Notes: generated by a model not told the origin, from the letters alone. DNA of 64,000 nucleotides from Psilocybe cubensis (GCA_017499595.2 CM039001.1:2542001-2606000); one strand, 5' to 3'. Counted from the first letter of the stretch, positions 1-15,073 are shown. Program-made: numbers and translations.

Positions 1-310
1 ATACTACGCAAAACAAAGGTCGTTGTTTATACATTGACGTTGATGAAGTGCTGGATGTTGGTTGCGCCTCGTTGTTTGTTTGTGGGGCCGCAATATCTGA
101 GCCTGTGTGTGCAGTTGCTTGAAATTGCAAAGTTGTATCTGCAGAAGACGCGTTGTTTGGGTTTGCGTCCCATTGTTGTGCTGAGGTAGCATTGTACTGA
201 GCGTTATATGATACAGAAGGTGCCATGGGCGTTGGTTGTGTTGCCTGAGGCTGTTGCAGACGGGGATCAGCACGAGCCAGACGAGGATCTCGAGCTTTGC
301 GTGGATCCAT
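1..310 (-). CDS. SSU72: Ssu72 RNA Pol II CTD phosphatase, N-terminal part (runs off the window)
   Basis: Manual translation from ATG at 310: MDPRKARDPRLARADPRLQQP...MYKQRPLFCVV plus a T that would begin the next codon. FCVV(C) matches the lead-in to the Ssu72 catalytic CASNQNRS loop, which lies just outside the window. Not in the ORF track. Confidence 0.8.
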   Translation of the reverse strand, partial: MDPRKARDPRLARADPRLQQPQATQPTPMAPSVSYNAQYNATSAQQWDANPNNASSADTTLQFQATAHTGSDIAAPQTNNEAQPTSSTSSTSMYKQRPLFCVV

Positions 311-404
311 GTTGACACAGACGAAGTTGTATATTTAATTAGACTGTGGGTAATGCTAGTCAGCACATGTTTGAGTATGGTGATCATAAAGGTGATAAAT
401 TGGT

Positions 405-511
405 GCCTCAGCAGTATCTCGAACATTGCCAGTCTGCATGTTGACCCGTGCGATATGTGTGATATGTTATTTGCCGGGTCAATGCAGCTTCCACTCTGCG
501 TCATCGTTGGC
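405..511 (-). ncRNA. Candidate intronic box C/D snoRNA-like RNA
   Basis: Minus strand reads gcc-a-ACGATGA (C-like box, 507-501) ... CTGA-ggc (D box, 411-408), with an internal stem ctgcattgacccg/cgggtcaacatgcag. It sits inside a 194-nt GTACAT...GCTGAC...CAG intron (344-537). Confidence 0.6.
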
Positions 512-895
512 GGGAGAGAATAAAAGTAAAAATGTACCTGAATAAATAAACTTGATAGTTGATTCTCGTTATGCGTAGTATACAAGCGATCAATGGAGAA
601 GAGTAGAAAGGCAATGGAACGCGTTTGCCAATTCTGCGCGCGTCTTTCAAGTTGTTTGTCCGTAGTTGGCTCGATGACAAACCCAGCCAGCGGCGTGAGC
701 GGCCCGTTACAGGTCGTAACTACTCTCTCTTAACTCCCACTCTCGACCAAGCAGAATACTAGCATAGATACAGAGTTTTCGAGTCAACGAAAATTATTAT
801 TGTGAGGCTCTTAGAAAGCTTATCGTACAAATCTTCTGATTGTATTGACAGATAAATAAAATAATCTTATCATCTCAAGCTGCAGTTTCACCCTG

Positions 896-2552
896 ATGGC
901 TGTTGCCTTCTTAGACGTTGATGTCGACGCCGTTCATCAAGCCATCCTCACCCACGAGAGGGAAATAGGTCTGATCGATGTGAAAATTCAGGGTTTGATG
1001 CAAAGCGTTCGCCGACTACAGTTCCAGAAGGATTTACACAATGCCGAAATCAGGAAATGCAAAGGAAAGATCACCCTTGCTAGTCGACTTCCCCCCGAAA
1101 TTCTAGCATATATCTTTGAATTATGCGTGCTTGATGGCCGGACTAGGACCCCTCTAATTGTTTCCCATGTTTGTTCCTCTTGGAGGATAGCTGCAACAAC
1201 TCCAACTGTGTGGTCGCACGTTTATATCAATCTCGACTCCCGATATCCATGTCAACGTACTCAATTGTGGCTTCGAAATTCCAGACAAACCCTTCTTACG
1301 ATTGAAATCGAGATCAATGCGGATACATCTCAGTTGAAGAGTACCGTGGAAGTCCTGTTGGCCGAAATTTGGAGGTGGAAAACGTTAATATTGAAGTCGT
1401 CTTCATTGGATCCCGTTAATCAGGTTCTGCGACTCTGCGACTCGCCTGCTTCCCACCTGCGTTCAATCGAGATATCAGTGTCTCAAGAATTTCTGTCGGC
1501 AATGGATGGTCTAGACGACAATCCACACGATTTGATGGGCCTCCACGCATTGTCAGCGAAAGCACCCCTCTTTCAAACATTGCGTATCCACCGTAGCCTT
1601 GTACCGGGACGCCATAGTCTTCCTCCTTCCATTACCGATTTAACATTGCAACTAACAGACCATGATGCTCCGACCATTTTGCACTCAATGTCATCCGTTT
1701 TACGTCTTCTCGGAGAACTGCCCAACCTCGAGGTCCTTGCTTTGGAAATGCCCAGTAGGGAAAATCAATCATTTTTGTTGGATGCTCAAAATGGGCATCA
1801 GGTTGAAATTTCAAATCTTAGAGCCTTAACTTTGATGGGGGACCATAACATTTTTGGTATTTTGCCTCACTTGAGAACACCCTCTCTCTGTCACCTTACT
1901 CTTAGGTCTTCGTTAAATTACCCTCAAGCACACAACACAGGTGTTTGGATCCACCGATTTATATATGAATCTTCTCCCCCTATAACCTGCTTGGAAATAC
2001 GCGATTTGGCAGTGGATTCTAATTTTTTTAGCCAGATGTTTGAGCTCTTACCTCGGTTGGAAGACTTGCGACTTCATGATAGCGATATTCTCGATGACTC
2101 CCTCATAGAACTTCAAGGTCCGCGTGGTCTTTGTCCCATGCTTCAACGTCTGGACCTTAGATGGTGTGGGAGATTGTCAGGTCGTGCTCTCGTAAACTTG
2201 GTTCACAGTCGCCAATCGGCCCAATTGAATGGCGAACAAAGTTCTCCGTCACCATCTAAGTCGATATCGGAAATTACCCTCATCAACTGTTCGTTCGTCA
2301 AAGAAGAGGATATCGTGGATCTGGCAGAAATGACTATTTGTCGTCTCATTCATCGCGGACAAACTGATTTTTGCTGTGAGTCTTAGGATTAGCTTTGACA
2401 TGCTACTTGAACCTTTTGACCGGGTATACCTCTTTTTGATAGATTCGTATTCATGCTGCGACAATGAGAGATACCGCAGGAGACTGAAGCAACGAACTTT
2501 GTTGCATCCCGTTCTTCGTCGAAATCATGCCGGCTTTCGACTTGTATTTTAG
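896..2552 (+). CDS. F-box protein with N-terminal coiled coil and LRR-like repeats
   Basis: ASRLPPEILAYIFELC...VSHVCSSWR F-box motif and LxxLxL repeats; one intron (2377-2442) before the last exon. Confidence 0.9.
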
Positions 2553-3021
2553 CTCTTGGTGCAAATGTAGCGACACAAAGTATGTTATATTATTACAAGA
2601 ACAGCTGAAACGTGTCGCTGTCTACACGTCGTCTAATGGCAGGCGATGCAGGTATATATAATTGATTGTCGGTCACAAACTATGGCAAACAGTGGTAGGG
2701 GAACACCATCCGCCTCAAACAAGGACACATCTGTCTCCCACATCATACTGTGTGTGTGATTGTATGTAGACAATGCCGAATCACGAAGAAACACGAAGCA
2801 TCTGCAGATGGATGTGGTTGAGAGAAAAATAGGCGAAAGTCAAATCGCTGCTTTATATAGGCAGTGCGTGATCGCGGACACGTGGTCAGTCCCAATACGG
2901 AAAACATTCTACTCCCGTCCCCACTGCAACACTTCCGCAACCTTTTATTTCCTCTGTGCATCTTCCCCATCGTTTTCAGACTCAAACGCGTATACCCAAA
3001 GCATATATATCTCTTCTCAGT

Positions 3022-4313
3022 ATGCCTTTCAAAAATATCACAAATGAATTTAGAGAAGTTCTACAGGAGCGTGAAAGCTCCATCCCCGACGCGAAGCGCA
3101 GGAAGGTGTCAAAGCAACCCAAGAACGAGACCGACAAACCTTCAGTTGATAAGACATATATTGCTGAAGCATACAATATTGTACGCCTCTAGTTACTGGC
3201 ACTGCGTTTCAAAGTTGATTTGTACTCGTCATCCAATATCCAGTTAAACCACATCAACACTCTGACCAGGATGCTTGCAAACGTCCGCACCGCCTACTTG
3301 AGCATAGACTCGCGCATATCCCCACTATCACGGCAAGGCTCTCGGAACATAGATTTAAGTGAAGGAGGGTCTTCTTGGGCCAATGTTCGGCATCTGTCCA
3401 ACGAGGAACGAGATCAAATTGACCTGCAGGCTCGGGTTATCCTCACGCGGTGTTCAGATCGAGTTAAAGAAATGGAAGCTATAGAGAAACGTATGTTATT
3501 TGATTGATCTCTGGTAGCAGCATCAACAATTGAAACTTGGGCATAGGCCGTGCAGAACTTGTGGCTAGTAAGACAAACCCCTTAACGAGACTACTCCCTG
3601 CACGTCTGCGGCAGGACGAGTCAACTCTATCTTCGGATGTCATTGCTGCCCACCACTCTGGAATAACATGGTATCTCAGCAGGAGGTTGGCAGAGGCCAG
3701 TCAGATACAAAAAGAGCTGCAAGAAGAACGCGTCAAACGACAATTAGAGAGAACGAAAACCCTTGGATCCGGTGCTGCTCAGGAGGCTCTCACCATGTAC
3801 TCACGAGTGCGAACACAGCCCTCGAACAATCAACCCACTGCTAACAAACCACCGGGAAGTTGGCTAGAAAACACAATTGCGGCTACAATTGGAGTTTCTG
3901 CTCCTCCGGAATCTTCACGCAAAGTTGCAGCCTATACACCAGCAGAATCCAGTTACGTATCGGAGGAAGACGACGACGACGATATCGAACTATCCGCGTC
4001 ACAGATTTTGCAATTTGAAACTGAAAACGCCAACATTCTGAAAGGTGTTCAAGATACCTTGGAATCAGTTCAACAGGCGGAATCCCGACTTATGGACATC
4101 AGTGCATTGCAAATGGAGCTCGTCACACACTTAACACGCCAAACGGAACTTACTGACCAGTTGTACGAAGATGCGATCACAACGACATCGACCGTGGAGA
4201 AAGGAAATGAACAACTACGAGAGGCAAAACGACGCGCTAAGGATGGGCGACTCTTCATTTTAGTTTTTCTCATTGGAGCTAGTCTTAGTTTGTTGTTCTT
4301 ACATTTCTATTGA
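3022..4313 (+). CDS. UFE1: ER Qa-SNARE syntaxin-18/Ufe1
   Basis: MPFKNITNEF N-peptide, LSNEERDQID motif, C-terminal SNARE helix (ISALQMELVTHL...KGNEQL) and tail anchor; 2 introns. Confidence 0.88.
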
Positions 4314-4482
4314 AAGGGTAGATTATTTTCTATCTATTATACACGAGTAACTACTGCTAGAAGCATCATCGAAAAATCCACAAAACATCTCTACATAACA
4401 AACTAATGGTACATTAAAGAGCAATTAGATATCGACCGGTCCACTTCTAAATAATGTGTAAGATATACTGAGACCTTGTTTA

Positions 4483-5731
4483 CTACGTTTGTTGCGGAGA
4501 GAGCAGAGGTGCTTCCTCGTCGTAGTCTTCGATGGCTTCAGCCGCTAGTTCATCGACTTCAGGAGAAAATCCTTCTAAGTGCCGTATATGACTTTGCACG
4601 GAATTGTAGACGGTCCTGTAACAAATGAGAAGAATAGAAAGACAATCACTTCAAAGCGACGAACCACCCAGTAAAGAGAGCGATAACAATGCTAACGCCT
4701 ATAAATACGCCGTCCAGTATTTTGGTACCTAAGCATCCAATTCAGTTTCGGCTTTGTTATTAGTCTTTAGTGTAGTAAATGACGTACGGGTGTCCATATG
4801 GTCACGTTGTTCTCCGTCGGATAGCTCAGCCAGTTTTGAACCTATGAACGTATGAAGGAAAACCTTAGGAAAGATGAAAAGAGTGGCAACAACAAATTGC
4901 CATAGTTTGACCGCTTGTATTGACTAATAAACAGCTTTAGTTTATCGTTTCTCTCCAAAGACAAAAGGGACCTTACAGCGAACAGAGAATTAGAGTAAAC
5001 CCACGGAGGGAAAGGAGATATGCGAATCAAGATGATGAGGGGCAATCCTTTAGCGGTCTGATATTGTGGGAGTGTAAATGGAAGAATCCATCACATTGAA
5101 AACATGACTCACAACTACAGCTTCTAGAGCTTGCCATTTCTTATTCTTGCTTGACCATGCTTGAAGTCGGTTGCTAAAAAGAAACCGCAGAGAAACAAAT
5201 GCCAGGGCAGAGCCCAGAACAGACGCAGTGGAGCTAATATAGAAACCCTTCATCCCGTAGGCAAAGCCGCACAAAGTGATGAGTGTTGTGTGCCCAATGA
5301 GTGGTGGAAATGAGACGCAAACTGGCACAATGATGAATATCACTGCTCTATAAAGTGGAAATGGGCAGCCTACCCATCAAGCCACCAAGAGCAAGCCAGC
5401 CAAAACGAGTTGATGCGAGTAGGATGGCCTTGTCATGAGAAACTTGAGCAATCTTTGCGGGTGTTATCACAATTATTAATGCGACTAATGGTTGTTAAGT
5501 CTGCGCATAAATATTAGAATTGTGAATCAAACATACGCAGGCAAAGGTCGAAGAAAACAACCAGCCACAGAAAAATCTACGACATGTTTGTGAGCCCAAA
5601 TGCTATCACTCAGCCAGAAACATATTGGTAAGAACCTTGCCGTAGAGATGCAATTTCCTATAACGATTTAGAGCGTAGCTCGCATATTTCTTCACGAAGG
5701 CGACTAGCCTGGCCAATGGCTGGACAGACAT
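4483..5731 (-). CDS. TVP38: TVP38/TMEM64 (DedA/VTT) Golgi membrane protein
   Basis: Exons SFPPLIGHTTLITLCGFAYG and LIRISPFPPWVYSNSLF; ATG at 5731, TAG at 4483. Confidence 0.85.
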
Positions 5732-5876
5732 ATTTTAACACCTGCGGATGTGCCAACACTGGAATAGAATGCTGTAGAGAACGTTTAACTGGCTTATAAG
5801 CTCGGCAAGGAGGTTTCATCATTGTCGGCATCGCTCACGTGCATCGGGCCGTACATTTCTAAACCAAACCAGCATC

Positions 5877-7357
5877 ATGGAAAAGTTCAGTGCATACAGA
5901 GTGAGCCATGTCCTAGCTTATTTTCTACACATTGACTCACGCTATTGCATTTAGGATCCTGGAACTGGTATACAGGTGTGCCATTAAATAGCCTTTGTGG
6001 CTCCGGCTTTTCTGATTTAACTGGTGTGCATTAGCCATTTTTGACACCAGTCCCTCCTCTTGGGGCTGAATTCGTGGCAAAAGTAACATTGCCCGTTCGA
6101 TATATCTTGGCCGTTGTCAGGACGGCTCTGGTCTTAACTCTTGCCTTAATATACATTATTTTAGTCAAAGGTCTCTTTCTGGTTTTTGTAAGGTTATTCC
6201 CTTGATATCATGGTCGTTTCTAACATGTTTATATAGTATCCAATTCCCCCATTATATCGTACCATCGACAATCTCTTTACCTATGTAATTGGGCGCACCG
6301 CCCTCTTTACACTAGGTTTGTTTTGGATTAATGTGGAACAGTTCAACAGAAAACGCGTGTTCGTGCAGAATGTTACTTTAAACTCTGTGTACTCTCTAAC
6401 TCACAATGTAGGAGAGGCCCTAAACTTGTAGAAAAATGCTCTCCCAAAGCAGCAGATGTCATAGTGTCGAACTGGGCATCCTGGATTGATGTTGTCTGGC
6501 TTGCTATTCGGTATTTTCACCTATTGTTTCTAGATGTGTTTCGCACCTGCCTTAACACATCGACCTTGTCCTTTCATCAGATTTAATCCCATATTTGTGC
6601 TTCCCGTTCCAGTGTCGCTACCTGAATCGACCGTTGCATCTAGGGCATCTACCCCGGTATCACACACACCTGGTCGTCGGACCGGAACAGGTTCCGCAAA
6701 CATCCAAGTTGCATCCAGGACAACTACCCTTCGTGTCCCAATTTCCGGATTCCGACAGCTTTCGCTCCTTTCAATGATTATACACACCGGAGGTGTGCCC
6801 CCCTATGGAAGTATGGAATGCCGCCCTCTTGAAGACATTAGGCGAAGCGCGTCTAGACCCATTGTTGTATTTCCTGAATGCACAACCAGCAATGGGCGTG
6901 GGTTGCTGCGATTCGCCGACGTATTTCGGCAGACTGTGCCAGTCAAAAAGTTTCAAGTCTTCGTTGTCTCGATTCGGTGAGTATATTTTATACCCAAGGT
7001 TGAACCGTTCGAAGCAATAATAATCTAAACATTTTCAGGTATGATCCACCAACCAACTTGGCACCCACACTAACGCACACGATGCCTTCTCGAATCTTTA
7101 ATCCACTCCCACATATTTTCTCTCTTGGTACAGCGTTATCATCCGCTCAGATGTCCATTCGTCTTCTTGCTCCGTCGGAATCTCCGAGTTCTCAATTATT
7201 CATGGTACACGAGGTTTTATCTGACTACGCGGGTGAAGACCAACTTTCGGAGACGTGTGCCCACCTAATTTCTCAGATGGGCAAACTGAAAAGAATGGGC
7301 CTCGGTTGGGAAGAAAAATATCATTTCCTGGATTTCTACAAAGGCAAAAGTAAATGA
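5877..7357 (+). CDS. LOA1: Lysophosphatidic acid acyltransferase Loa1/Vps66-like
   Basis: Spliced N-terminus MEKFSAYR-DPGTGIQ-PFL and acyltransferase motif VVFPECTTSNGRGLL. Confidence 0.85.
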
Positions 7358-7594
7358 ACGAAACAAAGTCCCTCCTCCCTTTTGACGTTTGACAGAATAC
7401 ATAGCATATCCTTGCACTGTTGGAAATCTGAAACAAATTGATGCCAAATCAAAGATAGAAAGGCCGCATGCAAATATATACCTCTTCCTGAATCACACAT
7501 TTGGCAAACATTCAACAGGAACACGAAATGTATTTTTGAAACAATCTGATACAGGGCACGAGGGAAGGATTAAATTGGAAGACAAGTATCGAGC

Positions 7595-9042
7595 TTAGAA
7601 CTGATATGGATCCACCGAGCTGTACACATGGTCATAATCGACCCCGTATGGATGGTGGCTATACCCAACATCCCGTTCTTCTCGATAGAAGCCTTGATGG
7701 AACGCCCATGCTGGCGTTGGCCGCGAAGGGATATCTATTTCCTCGTCCCGAGTGTATACTGGATCAATATCAGTCCTCAGATGTTTCTCCTGGCTCAAAG
7801 AAAATCTGGGAGAGAATAGGGGCCTATTGTCTTCATAATAGTTTTTCTCATCGTCTTGCAAATCCCATGTGGATTGGCGCTCCCCCGGACGCTCGGTATG
7901 TCGGTAGAGGTGATTATTATTCCAAGAACGACCTGAAGCGGGCCGCCTTTCGGGAGATTGAGACCGGGACCTATGAGCTGATCTGGCTTCAAATGCAGGC
8001 TGAGAGGCAAAGTCAACTTGATGGCATGATAGCTAGCCATCTTGGACTCTTACTTGGTGTTGAGTGACATGAACCCTTTTTCTCCCCAGGTATCTGCCGT
8101 TCAGAAATATGGCGGATTGTCGCGCATCTTCGTAGGTGAAATATTCTATGAATCTAGCCATGGAACCACTTAATATACGAGACCAATTGAAATTTTTTGT
8201 CCACGAACCCTTCTCCTTTTTTTCCTATATCACAAAATGCAACTAAACTTCCCGAGGACCGACCAAAATCTTTCAATTCCTATTTAAAATGATGAGTAAT
8301 CCTAGCGGAAGACTTAAAGGCTTTCAAGAGCGAACCTGCCACCGAATACCACTTGGAATATTTGATACAAAAACCGTGTATCTAGCGGGTCTAGACCTGA
8401 ACTGTAGCGTTCGTCTGTAAATATGAGCAATATACACGCCAACTTCAAAAAGATTGCCCTACTGTTTGGGCAGGCTGTCAGGGCGTATCAGAGACGCCAT
8501 ATCTTTTCGGAGGGGGTACGCGATCTCAATGACAACTTCTTTTGATAGTTGGGTCAGTTATAATAATTATATTCCCTGTAAGTACTGGAATGCCGTAGAC
8601 GAACCTTTCCCGAGCAAAGGTTGATTGTTGTATTTCTCTAACACCAGAAGCGCATCCTAGCGAGATAATACGATGTCAGCAAAAATGAAAAAAGAAAAGT
8701 AGGGAATTTAATTAAACTACCTTTTCGAGTTCAAATTGGACAAATGCGCATTCTCGTAAGAAACGAGTCAGTAATGATAAGAGTTTCAAGTTCTGTGCAT
8801 CATTCACTGGGCAACACTTTCACTTCAGATATGTTCCCGTAGCAAGATAAGCACTGAATCCAAAAAAATCAATGAGGTACCGTAAGGGATAAAAGGTGCT
8901 AGATACATTGTATAGATCATCCTTTGTGGCACCTTGCGGCAATCCTGGACACATAAAGGATGCTCTATTCAATGTGTCAGGAGAAAACAGTAAGAAATGA
9001 TTCACCTCGCATGTACAAACGCTTACAGGATGGAGCTGGCAT
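7595..9042 (-). CDS. Divergent SR-protein-like RNA-binding protein (RRM plus pseudo-RRM)
   Basis: Spliced segments KRLYMRGLPQGATKDDL, CAFVQFE, YTVFVSNIPSGIRWQ-ELKDFGR and FIEYFTYEDA, followed by a short RSRSQSPERR tract. Confidence 0.75.
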
Positions 9043-9296
9043 ACTGATGGTAATTCTCTTGGTTGTCTATGTTGATGTAAGTGGTATGTGGACGAGAGAT
9101 GAATCCCTTAAAGCTGAAAGAAAAGTCTGGCCACAGAGGTTCCCTAATACTTGAAGGAACGTCACTCAGTGATGTGCGAAAGAAGATGTCAATCTCGACA
9201 TTTTGAAACCCCTGAGTAGAATTTTTCCCATTTTTAATTGACATGGATAAATTACACCATAGCACCATATTTATCATTCGCACACACGGCGCATAA

Positions 9297-11162
<1,866 letters not shown>

Positions 11163-11528
11163 CGCGAGAGAGGTTGTGGGGCAAAAAGAGTATTTGGGCG
11201 AACTCAAGTTTAGTTTCAGTTAAATTCGAGAAAAGCCCCTATAAATAGGAAGATAGTGCACGCCACAACTGTGTGCAACAAAGGTGCAAAGAGCTCGTCA
11301 TCGCTTGACTTTTTGACTTTATATGGTGACTAGACATATAGAGCTCGGAAACGATTTTCAGGCATACTGTCCGAACAATATTGTTAGTGCTCGCTCTCGA
11401 CTCTCAATTGAATGTCAAGCTTAAAATTGTTAACAAAAGGTCTGAAATTGTCGTCAACGGCAATTCTTGAATAATAATTATACTTATATTGTACAAATAT
11501 TACACGTGGAAACCCTGTCAAATTCATT

Positions 11529-14500
11529 TCATAACTGATATAGATTAGTAGGTGCACTACTGTTATATGTCGGGGGCGATGTGGTATATACTGGATGACC
11601 ACTAGAATCCGCTTGCAAGAAACCAGAATCACGCATGAATGACATCCACTGCTCATCTATTCCAGATTCTCCTGTCATCATCATTCCAAGGTCAACCAAA
11701 GAGGTATCTGTAGGGCCCGCTTTAGTTTCTACTGGTGGTGCATGTCGATTTAGATCGAACTGGTTGGTACTCGTAAAAGGTTGAAATTCAGAGGCGATAT
11801 TTGTAAAGGTTTCCGGGGCGAGAGGCGTAAACAAAGAAGGGGGGTGCCAACTTTGATACGATGACTGATCGACGGAGTTGGAGGTGCTTCGGTATGCCGA
11901 TTGATCGATGGAGGTAGAAGAAGCAGGGTTGATATTGGGGTTCGAAGCAAGGTTATTGACTGAGCCATCGTTGCCGGGAGAATGTCGAGATGGCGCATTC
12001 GAAGGAGGGTACATTGCAAGATATTCAACCAATGAAGGATGAACCTCCCGACTGAGGTCTACTGAAGGTGTGACTCTGGATTCTTCAGAAGAAGGACTTG
12101 AGACAGAGGAGGCAGGGGCCGACGAGGATGATGATTGAGATTGCTTCCTGGTTTTCATGTATTTACTCAGCAGTTTGCTGACGAGTACTCGTGTTTGGCC
12201 ACCGAACAATGCTAATTCATCGTCTCCGTAATCCGGTTTTCCAACTGAAAGCGTTCTGTTTGGAGCAATGTTCCCAGATCGGAATTGCGAGTATACCTGG
12301 AAGGCCTTTTCGCGCATTTTGTAAAGAATAGCCTTTATAAGTCTTAGTCAGCATGTAGTCATCTATAATTTTGTTGATTCGCACCAAACCACTGCGTGCT
12401 CGACGAGAATGTGTGGCTCCTTTCTCAAAAAGATCACATGCCAGGCCCAATTCGATGAATGCACTTGCAGCCATGGATGAGGAAGGCGATCGGGTTACGA
12501 TGCAACCGACGATTATCTGTTTCCACATTAACCTTGGATAAAAACAAAAATTGATATATAACACGAACTGCGGCAGAAAACACTGCGCCCACAAATTCAG
12601 CAACAATAACGGCGTATGATGTAAAGGCACTCACAATGTGTCCAGATGCCCCACCATCTTCCACACAACTCGGGAAATCTGTCATAATGATTCAAACTGG
12701 ACTTTATAACACCAGAAGCGCATCGATAGGCAGCAAGGAATGAAGGAGAGTACGGGCTTTGTAAAGGATTGACAGGGTGATCGAGCATCGCTTGAGCGAA
12801 AAAACTTCGATGCAAATATAATAAGGCTTTGGCGTTTAATATAAGCAGCTGGAGTAAACAAGTATTGAAGTAATGCTTACTGATGGAACGATACTGGCCA
12901 AGGAGGCAACGTTTCATGTATACTGAGGGGGTTATCTCCTCATCTTCCGGGCTTATGAAAGCGTTCAAGTGAGGGAAAAACGTCTTCTCGCGAAGTTTCC
13001 TATCGAGCTCAAGGATCGTTGAATATTGAGGGGCTTGCGCAGTCAAAGACAGCTCGATGACGGAAGCAAAAATCTCCTTGGAGAATTCATATTTCCAACG
13101 CATCACTATAACCAATGGTAAGCAATAGAGGTACCGAAACAAAGTAAGCATACATGTGACTTACATCCCACCAACGTGTTGCCCTGAGCATCCAAGGTAG
13201 CTTCATCATCATCCGGGAACTCACAGTCTACGTATGAGAGACGAATAGACGGGGGCCTACCCAAAGCAAAACTCTGCCAGACTCATTCAATAACTGAACA
13301 AACAAAGCGGACATTTGACGTACATAAAAGAGTTCATGGGAAAACAATTCCCAGAAGAGTCCTCGTCGGCGTTGCACAATCTTGGGATCCATCTGCCATC
13401 TAGAACTGTCTCGATCTATGTATTTGTTTACCATGTTATTGTTTGAGACAACCTGAATATTCATGGGCCAAGTTACTCACGAAGCCCCAACTATGGTTAA
13501 ACAAGTCAGTACTTCACAAGGTTGATGCAAGAAAATAGCTTACGCCTTGGGCTAGCTTTGCGCCAAGGGACGTCAGCGCCCACTGTATACCATTCTGAGC
13601 AAGACGATCATGGATAGAGCATCGAAGACGAACTCACAGCACTATCCATGGTGTATCTGTTCCCCGCATTAGCATGGTAGAATGCCATGAGAAGGATCGC
13701 TTGGACGGTTGATATCTCAGGGGAGTCAAGCACAGAGCGGAGTGATAGACAAGCGCGGCCTAGATGATAGTACGTTTCTGCCTCTTGACTATCTACCATT
13801 AAACATGCGAAAGATGAATCTTTTTTACAATGTTACTTACCTACATGGTTCGAGGGTGAGGTCAACAAGTGCGCCCGCTGAGAAAACAAAATACAACGCT
13901 GCAAGTTTGTGGGCTGATACTGGGCTTGTTGAGAGTAGACTTCTATCTTTGACAACCTTATATACCGGGGATAGCATGTCGTCGATCAGTTCGTCTCGTC
14001 GAATAGGTCGAAAGGCCCATGTAGCCTGCTCCATGTACGTTTCGCATAGAGACCACGCACGTGGTTCTGGAGGTAGGTGTTCCAACATAAAATCCAGGGG
14101 TTTGTCGATGTTGTCCTGAGCGCCGAATGGGAACGATGCAGACAGGCGAGCAATCTCTCGGGATATAGGAATATAGGTCTCGTCTTCTACACCAGTTTCG
14201 AGTTGTTCAAGGTCGGCACCTGCCTACAAATCAAATTCAGTACCATACAGTTAACCCGCGGATACTGACAGTACGCACCAAAAATAACGTCTTCGAGGGC
14301 TTCATGAGTATTTTTGAGTTCCTAGATACAACGAAAGACGCACCTCTGAACCTGCAGAAGGGCCAAAATATTTTCCTTCCCCGCTTTCGCCTATTGTCAT
14401 AGTGCCGAAAGCATCGATGGGAGGCTCGATGGAATCTTTACGAACGGGGGCTTCCTTCTCCGGAACGTGTCCTTTCTCCGGACCAAATTTAATGGATAAC

Positions 14501-15073
14501 AATTCTTCTCTCAGAAGAGGATGAGGCTCATTAGATACGCCTGACTGGAAAATAGCTAATGCGTCTTCGAGTTGGCGGATTCGTTGCCCCATATCAGCTA
14601 TTTTCGTATGTAACTGTGAAGTATCAGCCAGGACGAATCTCATGGGTAATGAAAAGCAAATTAGCGTCAACGCCAGATCTCAAGCTGTAAAAACATACCT
14701 CGTCCCTTGTCCGGTGGATAAGCTGCCATTGGGACATATGGAAGGACATCCCCGGCGCACTGGAGCGAATGAGGTCCAGGTATCGATGATTAATGCAAAA
14801 CACATACCACAAGAACTGCAAGGTAATTTTTTGTCACATTTAAGTTTTAGCCTAAGTATAAACGTAATCAATGGAAGAAAAGAAAGCATATAAGCATATT
14901 CTTACCGTCGACACTCTGCGCATGAAATCTATGAGACGATTAATAAAGAATAATGAAGAATTCAGTGTAAAACACACCTCCCCTCGTGCCCTTCTAGAAT
15001 CAATCTCCTCATCGCTGGTGAGTTTTCTGTTGGTTCTTCGGGTCAAAGGATTATGAGAGGGATCCACAGGCAT
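11529..15073 (-). CDS. Zn(II)2Cys6 fungal-specific transcription factor
   Basis: Spliced ISCAECRR-LKLKCDKKLPCSSC-VRRGCPSICP and middle homology region (LGLHRD..., RRRGLFWELF). Confidence 0.92.

Noticed and set aside
538-583. Possible upstream 46-nt intron abutting the ncRNA-bearing intron (CAG|GT, recursive splicing)
   Set aside because: Weak donor (GTATAC) and poor branch point; CAG|GT is also just the normal exon end.
4-585. 193-aa minus-strand ORF in the track
   Set aside because: It has a non-ATG start and is a shifted frame overlapping the SSU72 exon and its UTR intron; no recognisable motifs.
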